DNA of 54,581 nt from a virus (Duplodnaviria; Caudoviricetes), in the IMG/VR virus record IMGVR_UViG_3300001765_000047, positions 1 through 54,581 of that record, one strand, 5' to 3'. Of this stretch, positions 28,738 through 36,134 are shown in pieces (positions within the stretch are counted from its first letter, which is position 1; every line of letters starts with the position of its first letter). The notes under the pieces were generated by a model that saw only the letters and a list, made by a program, of their open reading frames with translations, had not been told where the DNA came from and made no database searches. Position numbers and translations under genes: made by a program.

Positions 28738-29159
28738 TACGCGGCCTTACCAATAACGTCCAGTGCCTTGAACTGGCAGCTTGCACTGATGATCTTGTGG
28801 GCGCTGATTTCGAGGTCGCCGGAGTCGTAGCTGCACCCGCTGTACTTACGCAGAATCTCACCGCTCTTGTCCATGGTGACGATATCGAAGATCGTCCCTT
28901 TGAGTGCATCGTCGCCGTTTTCGAGGGAAATTCCGAGCTGACGCAATGATCCGGTGTAGAGAACGAGTTGCTGCACAGAGATGGTGTGCTGCGCCGTGGT
29001 GGGCACATATTCCTGGACATGAATGTCGCCCAACCCTGATGCAGCCTCAAGCTGGTACGAATCTGAACTACGAACCGACTGGACAAGACCGACTTGCTTG
29101 CCGTCAAACATGACGACCGTGCGGTTGCCTGACCGGACTTTGATGTTGGTAGAAGCCAT
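28737..29159 (-). CDS. Tail tube protein, 140 aa
   Basis: MASTNIKVRSGNR..DGKQVG.VQS..G.GDI..QEYV resembles SPO1/Twort-type tube proteins; follows the sheath; start moved to ATG 29159. Confidence 0.85.
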   Translation of the reverse strand: MASTNIKVRSGNRTVVMFDGKQVGLVQSVRSSDSYQLEAASGLGDIHVQEYVPTTAQHTISVQQLVLYTGSLRQLGISLENGDDALKGTIFDIVTMDKSGEILRKYSGCSYDSGDLEISAHKIISASCQFKALDVIGKAA

Positions 29160-29198
29160 TTTTTTCTCATAAGAGTTGCAATGACTTCCAATACTTAT

Positions 29199-29206
29199 GT
29201 CACGAC
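29199..29206 (-). promoter_or_regulatory. Putative late promoter GTCGTGAC-AT-AAGTAT
   Basis: Intergenic, immediately downstream of the sheath terminator and upstream of the tube gene. Confidence 0.75.
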
Positions 29207-29222
29207 CGGGAAGACACAAAAC

Positions 29223-29251
29223 AAAAGCGCCCGGAGAACCGGGCGCTTTTT
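29223..29251 (-). terminator. Rho-independent terminator after the sheath gene
   Basis: AAAAGCGCCCGG-(4-nt loop)-CCGGGCGCTTTT perfect stem with T-tracts on both strands. Confidence 0.85.
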
Positions 29252-29274
29252 AATCTGAGAAGACTTGGAAAGGT

Positions 29275-31068
29275 TTAGCCAATCAGGGCGTTTGATCCGC
29301 CTGAGTACGGTTTTGCATACACCGTTACAGGGATGTAATTGACGGGGATCACCGGGCTGCACTGGAACTCGATGCGCAAAATGTCGCCCTCCTGAATAGC
29401 CTGTAGGCCAGCATAAGGCGGGTTGTCTGCGTCTCCTGCCAGTACACCAGGGCCAGTAGGTTCAGGTTTTGACAGTTCGCGCAGTACAGTATCCACGCGA
29501 GACATAGCCATGCCCAGCGTCAACGGGTCATTTTTCCTGCCTTTGATGTCTTCAAGCACATTGCGAACATTGCGCACGACGAAGTCCATCGCCAAACCGA
29601 CCGATACCTCGATGCGGTTGTAGTTTTCGTTGAGCAACCATGTGCTGACCGATTGGACAACCTTGTAACCGATTGGCGTGTCTGCGATGCAAAGCACACC
29701 ACCAGAGATGAGAGCATCGGTGTCTGCCGGGTTGCGCAACTTGCGCTCTACTCCGCTGATCTTCAGGGATTTGTTGGTCATTGGCGTGCCAGGATTTAAA
29801 CCGGCAAAAGCCGATGTAATCATGACTGCGGCAAAATACGGCTCAAACAACACCAAAGCCCCGACATCGTTGTAGTTATAAACCCCGAGATGCGTGAGAG
29901 ATACCCGGTCGCTGTTGATGTCCTTTGCATATTCAAGCGCAAGTTCGTCGCTTGTACCAGAAGTAGTTCCGCAAATCGCCCGGCGTTCCTGACGGCTGAC
30001 GTCCGACATATACGACACATGAGCACTTGCCATGGCATGAATTTCAGGGGCACCAGACAACGGCACAATCCACTGCACATCAGACGTTTCGAGTGTTTCA
30101 AAAGCATAGCTCCAGTCATCCATTGTGGCTGTGCCGTCTGCACCGCCAGTCATGGCTAGAGTGGTGTGTTTCACCGGAAGTAGCGTTGCATTTGGCAACC
30201 GTTCTGCGACGACAAGGCTCTCGGTGCTCCCATTGAACCAGTCAACAAGCTGCTGGAGCGTTCTGGTTACCATGAACTTGCCAGTTTTGATGTCTTGGCT
30301 GGTGACACCATCAAGGCCATTAAGTGCCTCCTTGGTATCAACAGAACCAACACCCGCGACAACAATACCTGTTATTGTGGTAAGTCTGTCTTTCAACAAC
30401 TTAACTGTCTTGTATATATTCAGGTCAAGCTCTGTAACTACCGAATTCAGCGTAAGAATAACACTTTGGTTATTTATTGTAATCAAACCATCGCCGGTGC
30501 CGCTATATTGAATAGTGAATACTTTTCCAGCCGATTGTGTGATTCTTGCGCCATATGTTGTTAGTACACCTTTTGAATTCGGCAATCGCAGAGAAGTAGC
30601 GACAGTATATGATTTCAAATCATATACAACGCCGCCAATAGTTTCCGTATAATTCACTGGTGTGAATCCAACGGTAATTTTATTCTGGCTTGCTCCGTAA
30701 TTCATGGATGTCAATAAGATCGTATCGACACCCTCCGAGTCAACGAAAATCCTGGTTGATTTTGACGGGGGTGATGCCGTCTTCTTGCTACCCACACGAA
30801 CCGCGTAAACTTTGGCTGGCCCAGGGCTTTGCTGTGATGCATTGAAAGCAAGCTCAACACCACGCAACAGATCACCGTTGAGCAATTTATTTTTTGCATC
30901 CACGGCAGACCCAAATACCATGACCTCGTCTGGATCGCCGCCTTCTGCTGCGCCAATCAGTGCGATATTGTTGCCAACCGACAGGCCACGGTTGTACATT
31001 TTCGAGTCATCAACGACCGACATAACAGCCGGAGTGACGTACGAGCGACCATTAAAAAATACTGGCAT
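29275..31068 (-). CDS. Contractile tail sheath protein, 597 aa
   Basis: IALIG.AEGG.P..GDLL..VELAF, MTGGADG..DW..AF, TNK.L and EVSVG..DF motifs. Confidence 0.92.
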   Translation of the reverse strand: MPVFFNGRSYVTPAVMSVVDDSKMYNRGLSVGNNIALIGAAEGGDPDEVMVFGSAVDAKNKLLNGDLLRGVELAFNASQQSPGPAKVYAVRVGSKKTASPPSKSTRIFVDSEGVDTILLTSMNYGASQNKITVGFTPVNYTETIGGVVYDLKSYTVATSLRLPNSKGVLTTYGARITQSAGKVFTIQYSGTGDGLITINNQSVILTLNSVVTELDLNIYKTVKLLKDRLTTITGIVVAGVGSVDTKEALNGLDGVTSQDIKTGKFMVTRTLQQLVDWFNGSTESLVVAERLPNATLLPVKHTTLAMTGGADGTATMDDWSYAFETLETSDVQWIVPLSGAPEIHAMASAHVSYMSDVSRQERRAICGTTSGTSDELALEYAKDINSDRVSLTHLGVYNYNDVGALVLFEPYFAAVMITSAFAGLNPGTPMTNKSLKISGVERKLRNPADTDALISGGVLCIADTPIGYKVVQSVSTWLLNENYNRIEVSVGLAMDFVVRNVRNVLEDIKGRKNDPLTLGMAMSRVDTVLRELSKPEPTGPGVLAGDADNPPYAGLQAIQEGDILRIEFQCSPVIPVNYIPVTVYAKPYSGGSNALIG

Positions 31069-31080
31069 GAGATTCTCCTA

Positions 31081-31338
31081 TTAAACGGGTTTGCTGGAAA
31101 AGGCAATGAATGCCGAGTTAAATTCAGTTTCAGTTGCCTTGTTTTTGCCAGCCTTTGTCTGCGAATAATGAAATCCACCAAGCATTGCCGTGTTGATTTT
31201 TTTGTTGGCAAGCAAATAACAAAATTCATCGAGCGTCATTGACGATGCTTCCAAAGGTGCCGAGGTCGTCAACGCATTTACAGTTGTGACCGTTGGCCCT
31301 GATACTGACGTGTCGTCAGTGCTGTCATAAATTGCCAT
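31081..31338 (-). CDS. Small hypothetical protein upstream of the sheath, 85 aa
   Basis: Fills the gap in the operon; SD GGAG; MTLDEFC..GF..EF..F..KPV. Confidence 0.6.
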   Translation of the reverse strand: MAIYDSTDDTSVSGPTVTTVNALTTSAPLEASSMTLDEFCYLLANKKINTAMLGGFHYSQTKAGKNKATETEFNSAFIAFSSKPV

Positions 31339-32169
31339 TTAATAATCTCCTAAAGTAGATAACACATCAGTAAAAAATCCATACCCCTGGGTCACCGCGA
31401 CCGCCTGCTGGAAGCCAAGGCGCATCACGGTCTGGTAAATCGGCGCGCTCATGGACTGCATGTCCTCCGAGTCCTGCACCGACTGCACCTCGACCATGTT
31501 TAGCCCCTGTTCTTCCAAAATGCCCAGATTTGCCGCAATCACCGCCTTAAGCGCCCGCCGCAAGGTGTTGCGCTCTTCGGCATTGAGTGACCAGACCGAA
31601 ACCTCCAGAGAGGTGCTCTCAAGCCACCCTTGTGATTCGACCCACTGGTCTCCATCAAATGCGTCCTGCGCCACTTGGTCGCCAAGGCCATGCGCTACCG
31701 CCTGGCTATTGCCAAATAAGACTGTCACGACCGGGAAAGAACCGCCCTGTGTGTAAAAAGGAATGGACATGACCGGGACGGTCTGGCTGCTGAGTGTGAT
31801 CAGCCCGCGCTGGATCATGGCGTGCAGCGTGACATCGATGCGCTCGCGCACAAGCTCCTGGGCATCGACACCAAGGTCGGCAAAGGTTGATGCTGGCGTG
31901 ACCGCAGCAACAGTACCAGGCCGCCAGACACCCGCAGATGCCTCGTCAAATATGGCGTAGTGGTAAGGCGTTCCGTTGACGAGCAGCCGCGCATCAGTCA
32001 GGAACCGCTCGCTGCCGTCATGCACCAGGTAGGCCGCCGGGTCAAAGGCACCGCTGATGTCGTTGGTTTCCTTGCGCAGGATGCGCCAGCGCGTCTCGCC
32101 CGCCGCTGGCTGCACGATGAGCCTTACAGCGTTGCCGCACCCGATGGGCTGTAGTTGATTGAATCGCAT
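31339..32169 (-). CDS. Tail completion/terminator-like protein, 276 aa
   Basis: Between capsid and sheath; FPVVTV and EVSVWSLNAEERN.L motifs; FN3-like N-terminus. Confidence 0.6.
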   Translation of the reverse strand: MRFNQLQPIGCGNAVRLIVQPAAGETRWRILRKETNDISGAFDPAAYLVHDGSERFLTDARLLVNGTPYHYAIFDEASAGVWRPGTVAAVTPASTFADLGVDAQELVRERIDVTLHAMIQRGLITLSSQTVPVMSIPFYTQGGSFPVVTVLFGNSQAVAHGLGDQVAQDAFDGDQWVESQGWLESTSLEVSVWSLNAEERNTLRRALKAVIAANLGILEEQGLNMVEVQSVQDSEDMQSMSAPIYQTVMRLGFQQAVAVTQGYGFFTDVLSTLGDY

Positions 32170-32183
32170 GATGCCATCGTGCC

Positions 32184-32191
32184 GTCACGAC
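32184..32191 (-). promoter_or_regulatory. Putative late promoter GTCGTGAC-GG-CACGAT-GGCATC-ATG (leaderless)
   Basis: Motif ends 14 nt before ATG 32169; directly after a terminator. Confidence 0.78.
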
Positions 32192-32193
32192 AC

Positions 32194-32221
32194 AAAAAAA
32201 CCCGCACAGTGGCGGGTTTTT
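32194..32221 (-). terminator. Rho-independent terminator closing the capsid operon
   Basis: AAAAACCCGC-(8 nt)-GCGGGTTTTTTT on the minus strand. Confidence 0.85.
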
Positions 32222-32244
32222 CAAGGACACAATTTAGAGAGAAG

Positions 32245-32454
32245 TTAAACGACGGGTTCGGGCTTTGCTTTGCCTTTTTGAACGGTTTCCTTGGGAGCCT
32301 CGTCTTCTACTTTGTAGCCTTCAAAATCAACGAAGGCAGCAGCGGCTTCAGGGCTTATGCCCGTGGCCACCACGCTGCCGTCTTCCTGGCGCTGGAAATC
32401 AATGCCGTTGATGCACTCGCTGGCGTTGGGCCTGGTGCAGGTTACTTTTGCCAT
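32245..32454 (-). CDS. Small protein downstream of the capsid gene, 69 aa
   Basis: Start moved to ATG 32454 (MAKVTCTRPNASECINGIDF); upstream AAGGA. Confidence 0.6.
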   Translation of the reverse strand: MAKVTCTRPNASECINGIDFQRQEDGSVVATGISPEAAAAFVDFEGYKVEDEAPKETVQKGKAKPEPVV

Positions 32455-32476
32455 TTTTTCATTTCCTTGATCCTTT

Positions 32477-32505
32477 GAAAGAAACAGGGAGGCACTGCCC
32501 CCCTG
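32477..32505 (-). terminator. Possible partial terminator right after the capsid gene
   Basis: Minus strand CAGGGGGGC-AGT-GCCTCCCTG (one G-U pair) followed by TTTCTTTC. Confidence 0.55.
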
Positions 32506-32521
32506 ATGATTCACCGCCGGG

Positions 32522-34030
32522 TTACACCGTGGTGTGTGGCCGCCATACAGCTTTTGCTGGGAGCACGTTCTTGATGTACCCGTGGTGCTTCGGTTTTGTG
32601 ACCCGGAGGTAGCCAAACAGGAACTGGAACCAAGAATTCACCGGAACCCCACCGATACCAAACGGCAGGGGAATCTTGGTCATCGGCTGGAATTGCCGCC
32701 AGCCAATCGCATCACTCGAAGCTGCCATATTCAGACACGGCACTGTCACAGTACCGGGAATATCGCGATTCAGGTCGGTGTAGGTGGTCGTGGCCCCACC
32801 CTTGGGGATGATCTTCACCAGCCGGAAGTCAGCCGTGTCGTTTGTACCGTCCTGGCGTGAACGGAAGATCGCATAGCCAGTCTCGGTCGCAGAAGCAGAC
32901 GCAGTGATCGTCAGGGTTACCTTTTTGCCGGATGCCACAGCGGTCTGGGTTGACTTGGTGATGGCGGTCAAGCCTTCGCCATTTCCGCCCACACCGGCGA
33001 CTGCGTAGTAGTAATTGCCAGCGCGCGCTGCGGTGAACTGGCTGGCCGCATCTGACGTTGCCGCATCAGCAGTGATCGACACCGGCTTGAATGCAGCATT
33101 GGCTGTGGCAGTAGCAGGCCACGTGACCTCAATCGGTTTAGCCATCGGGAACTCGCCATGGTGCAGGAAGGTGTCGATGTTGGTCTTGAGAACGCCTTCA
33201 GTCAGACGGATGCCCTCAACGTGCGCGCCCAGGGTGGACACGGCATTAGGCTGGGCATTCCAGCGGAAAGCCGGGTCAAGGCCCATGTTCAAGTCGGTCT
33301 GCACGGCTGTGGGCAGGAACGTCTCTGTGATGCGGCCCCAATTTCCGTAATCTTGAATCGCAGACTGAAGGCGGGTAAACGGCTCAATGGTGTCGAGCTT
33401 GGTGCCTTGCAGGTCGATGACGTGGTCAGAACCGCATTTACCGGCAGCAATGGCCGCATCGATCTGGGTGAAGATGCCGTCGAACTGGCTGGGGGATGCA
33501 GCAGCATTGCCGTTGAACAGCAGGTACTCAGCATCAGTCAGCAGTTGCAGGGCACCATTGCGCTCTTCAACCGCCATGGGTTCAACCATGTTTTTGCCGA
33601 TATTCAGGACGTAACCGACTTGACGCAGGGTCATCAGGAACTTGACCATGCCGACTTCACGGCTGTAGTCGCCCTGGGCAGCCTTGACCACACCCATCTG
33701 GGTGTTGGTGGAGCCACCGAGCACGCCACCGATGCTGTTTTGACGGGTGTACTCGTCAACGATATTGGTTGCGTTGGTGGATTGCAGCTTTTTGAACAGC
33801 ACAAAATGCTGCTCTTCCTGCACCACGGTCTTCATGGCCGTATCGAGCGACTGGATGCCCATGGCACCACCACCGGTAAGGGTGGACACGTCGGTCTGGT
33901 AGTTGCTGGCTGTCAAAGCCTTTTGCAGTTCTTGAGCATCGCCCAGCGCGCCGCCGGTCGAGCCACCGAGCACGGGGGCACCACCGGGTTGCATACCGGC
34001 AAATTGGGCCATAAGTTCTTGAGGGTTCAT
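32522..34030 (-). CDS. Major capsid protein (SPO1/Twort-like), 502 aa
   Basis: LQKAL...GGA..QSLD..K, EYLLF.G.A..QFDG...ID..HVIDL.G; follows the protease and scaffold-like genes. Confidence 0.88.
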   Translation of the reverse strand: MNPQELMAQFAGMQPGGAPVLGGSTGGALGDAQELQKALTASNYQTDVSTLTGGGAMGIQSLDTAMKTVVQEEQHFVLFKKLQSTNATNIVDEYTRQNSIGGVLGGSTNTQMGVVKAAQGDYSREVGMVKFLMTLRQVGYVLNIGKNMVEPMAVEERNGALQLLTDAEYLLFNGNAAASPSQFDGIFTQIDAAIAAGKCGSDHVIDLQGTKLDTIEPFTRLQSAIQDYGNWGRITETFLPTAVQTDLNMGLDPAFRWNAQPNAVSTLGAHVEGIRLTEGVLKTNIDTFLHHGEFPMAKPIEVTWPATATANAAFKPVSITADAATSDAASQFTAARAGNYYYAVAGVGGNGEGLTAITKSTQTAVASGKKVTLTITASASATETGYAIFRSRQDGTNDTADFRLVKIIPKGGATTTYTDLNRDIPGTVTVPCLNMAASSDAIGWRQFQPMTKIPLPFGIGGVPVNSWFQFLFGYLRVTKPKHHGYIKNVLPAKAVWRPHTTV

Positions 34031-34073
34031 TGGATTTTCCTAAAGTTTAAATTTGTGAAAGACCTGAAATGGT

Positions 34074-34712
34074 TCAGGACTCAAAGATTCGATTCAACAG
34101 GCCCGCATCAATGGCCTCGCCGTGGCGCAGGGATACATCGCACACAGTCAGGTCTTTGCCGGAGATACGGCCAGAGTTGAATGCCGCGTTCGCCTTCATC
34201 ATGAAGGTTTCGGTGTTCATGGCTGGGGCAGACTTGACCATCGAGGCTTCTGGCTTTTCGTTCACCGTGAGCATGGCCCGGCGACCAGCGCCCTGCTTAC
34301 TCAAGTTGACAATGGTTTTTTTCAGGGATTCGATCTGATCGTCTTGCGACTTGAACATATCCACCATCGCATTCAGCGACTTGGACAGGTTCGCGTTGTC
34401 AGCCTGTAGCGTTGACTCAACGCCCGCGATGCGCTCGTACATCGACTTGATCAGTTCTGTCGCGTCATAGGCTTTTACCGTCTGGCCAGCCGCATCCGTT
34501 GCGCTGTAGGACTTGCCCAGGACTTCATCGCCCTCGTCTTCCAGATCGTCAAGGGGTTCCTCGTCGTCTTCATCCTCGGGCTTTTCGCCGACCTGGTCGG
34601 TATCGACCCCGGCCTCTTTGGCAGCAGCAAGAACTTTGTCTTCTTGCGTGGCGGGTTGTGCTTTCGCCAGCAATTCAAGCTCGGCGGCCAGTTTCTCGAA
34701 CTCAGAACTCAT
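34074..34712 (-). CDS. Scaffold-like head protein, 212 aa
   Basis: Acidic tract, coiled coil and many LxK(S/A) sites; between protease and capsid. Confidence 0.6.
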   Translation of the reverse strand: MSSEFEKLAAELELLAKAQPATQEDKVLAAAKEAGVDTDQVGEKPEDEDDEEPLDDLEDEGDEVLGKSYSATDAAGQTVKAYDATELIKSMYERIAGVESTLQADNANLSKSLNAMVDMFKSQDDQIESLKKTIVNLSKQGAGRRAMLTVNEKPEASMVKSAPAMNTETFMMKANAAFNSGRISGKDLTVCDVSLRHGEAIDAGLLNRIFES

Positions 34713-35587
34713 GGAGTTTTCCTTTTCAAATCTGCTAAAAATCTCGCTGCCATCGCCAGGGCATTTGCCGGGGTGATCCCCATTGATGCGGAGGTGAAAT
34801 CTGCGAGCGACTTCAAAATCTTGATGTCTGCAAAATTACTGTCACGACCGGCCAGCGCCTGCTTGTTTTTTGTGCGCCGCAGGTTGCGCGAGAGGTGCTC
34901 TGTGACCTCTTCCTGCGTATAAGGCTCGTCGTCAAGCGACTGTCGGCGCATGGCACCACCGCCCGTGAGTGAGGCTGAGTCGGTGCTGTAACTGGCCTCC
35001 AGCGCCTTGCCAAGGACAAAGCAGCCCATGGATTTGCAAAAGGTTCCCACCGGTGCCGTGCTGACGGTGCCGATGTGCTGATTGATCTGGGCAGAAGCCA
35101 GCGCGACGTTTGTCCAGCGCACCTTCTGAATGACGGTCACGGCCCGGTTGGTCGCCGGATCAACTTCCTGCGACTTCGCCAGGGTAGAACCGCCGATTGA
35201 CGGATACCAGCGTTTCGGGGGGGAGAGTTCGGTCAGGGACGACCAGACCATGTTGGCATTGCGTGCCAGGTCACCGGTGCCGCTGAAAAGCTGCGCCTTG
35301 ACGAACGACCGGGCATCGCCGATGTCCACCGCGACAGGGAAACCAATCTCAGCCTCCACGCCTTCCTTGGTGCCGCGCCGCAGCAGGCTCAAGTGGTCAA
35401 TGTCAACATTGCCATTCTGGAGATAGAGCGAGGCCGACTCGGCCAGGGCTTTTGCCAGGACACGCTCGCCTTGGCGGTCGATGCCCTCGTTGGATGCTTC
35501 AAAATAAATGAAGCGGTCAGCACCATCCGCGACGGGGGTCGCCTTGAACAAATCGGCATCTAGGGTGATGAAGCTGGGGTCTTGCAT
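34709..35587 (-). CDS. Prohead protease, 292 aa
   Basis: ASNEGIDRQGE, GNVDIDH, EIGFP, FVKAQL, SIGG and TNVAL motifs of HK97/herpes-fold phage proteases. Confidence 0.8.
   Translation of the reverse strand: MQDPSFITLDADLFKATPVADGADRFIYFEASNEGIDRQGERVLAKALAESASLYLQNGNVDIDHLSLLRRGTKEGVEAEIGFPVAVDIGDARSFVKAQLFSGTGDLARNANMVWSSLTELSPPKRWYPSIGGSTLAKSQEVDPATNRAVTVIQKVRWTNVALASAQINQHIGTVSTAPVGTFCKSMGCFVLGKALEASYSTDSASLTGGGAMRRQSLDDEPYTQEEVTEHLSRNLRRTKNKQALAGRDSNFADIKILKSLADFTSASMGITPANALAMAARFLADLKRKTP
34841..34848 (-). promoter_or_regulatory. Putative internal late promoter GTCGTGAC-AG-TAATTT for scaffold/capsid genes
   Basis: Within the protease 3' end, about 130 nt before the scaffold start, with a good -10-like hexamer. 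Confidence 0.55.
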
Positions 35588-35601
35588 GACGCAAGAATGC
35601 T

Positions 35602-35609
35602 GTCACGAC
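35602..35609 (-). promoter_or_regulatory. Putative late promoter GTCGTGAC-AG-CATTCT-TGCGTC-ATG (leaderless)
   Basis: Motif ends 14 nt before ATG 35587. Confidence 0.78.
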
Positions 35610-35658
35610 CTCCAGAAACGACAAAGCAGCGCGGATAGATCGCCAAGGAGGTGCTTCA

Positions 35659-36072
35659 TCAATGCTTTTGTGACAGGAATGCGTTAATCCGCTGCGATTG
35701 TGTCTGCGTGACCCCGAGTCCATTCGCCTTAAACTCGTCAAGCTGCATCTTGCGAAGTCGTTGCGCCATGCCAATAGAAACCCCCGTGGCATTCGACACC
35801 TTAATGGGATCAACGGACGATTTGCCATGCAGATACCTCGCGCATGCATCGAGCTTCTGCTCGGATAGCGGGTTGTCAACCGCGCCACGATTTGTCAAGC
35901 CAGCAATAAGCACCTGCTTGGTCTTTTCAATATCCTCCTCACTGGCCGGTGGTGCTGGCTCTTTTTTCGCTTTTTTCACAACCTTGTTGTCATGCGCCGC
36001 GACGACAGCGCCATCCTTGCGAGTGAACGCGTCAATGTGAGACTTCAGCAGGTCGAACTTGTCTTGATCCAT
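35659..36072 (-). CDS. Putative head-cargo protein with KSH leader, 137 aa
   Basis: N-terminus LLKSHIDAFTRKDGAVVAAHDNK; SD GGAG; possible C-terminal HTH (PIKVSNATGVSIGMAQRL). Confidence 0.7.
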   Translation of the reverse strand: MDQDKFDLLKSHIDAFTRKDGAVVAAHDNKVVKKAKKEPAPPASEEDIEKTKQVLIAGLTNRGAVDNPLSEQKLDACARYLHGKSSVDPIKVSNATGVSIGMAQRLRKMQLDEFKANGLGVTQTQSQRINAFLSQKH

Positions 36073-36117
36073 CAGGAACTCCGGTAAATTTTGAGATTAA
36101 ACTGATGTGACCATAAG

Positions 36118-36125
36118 GTCACGAC
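36118..36125 (-). promoter_or_regulatory. Putative late promoter GTCGTGAC-CT-TATGGT-CACATCA
   Basis: Intergenic; near-identical to the copy at 43197. Confidence 0.78.
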
Positions 36126-36134
36126 CGTGGCAAG

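Noticed and set aside
1128-31068. Headless contractile injection system or tailocin
   Set aside because: Capsid, protease, neck and MuF-like genes are present, so this is a phage virion module.
31724-31731. Exact GTCGTGAC inside the tail completion gene
   Set aside because: Mid-gene (encodes VVT), the following hexamer TCTTAT lacks the conserved A, and the next start is about 390 nt away; probably chance.
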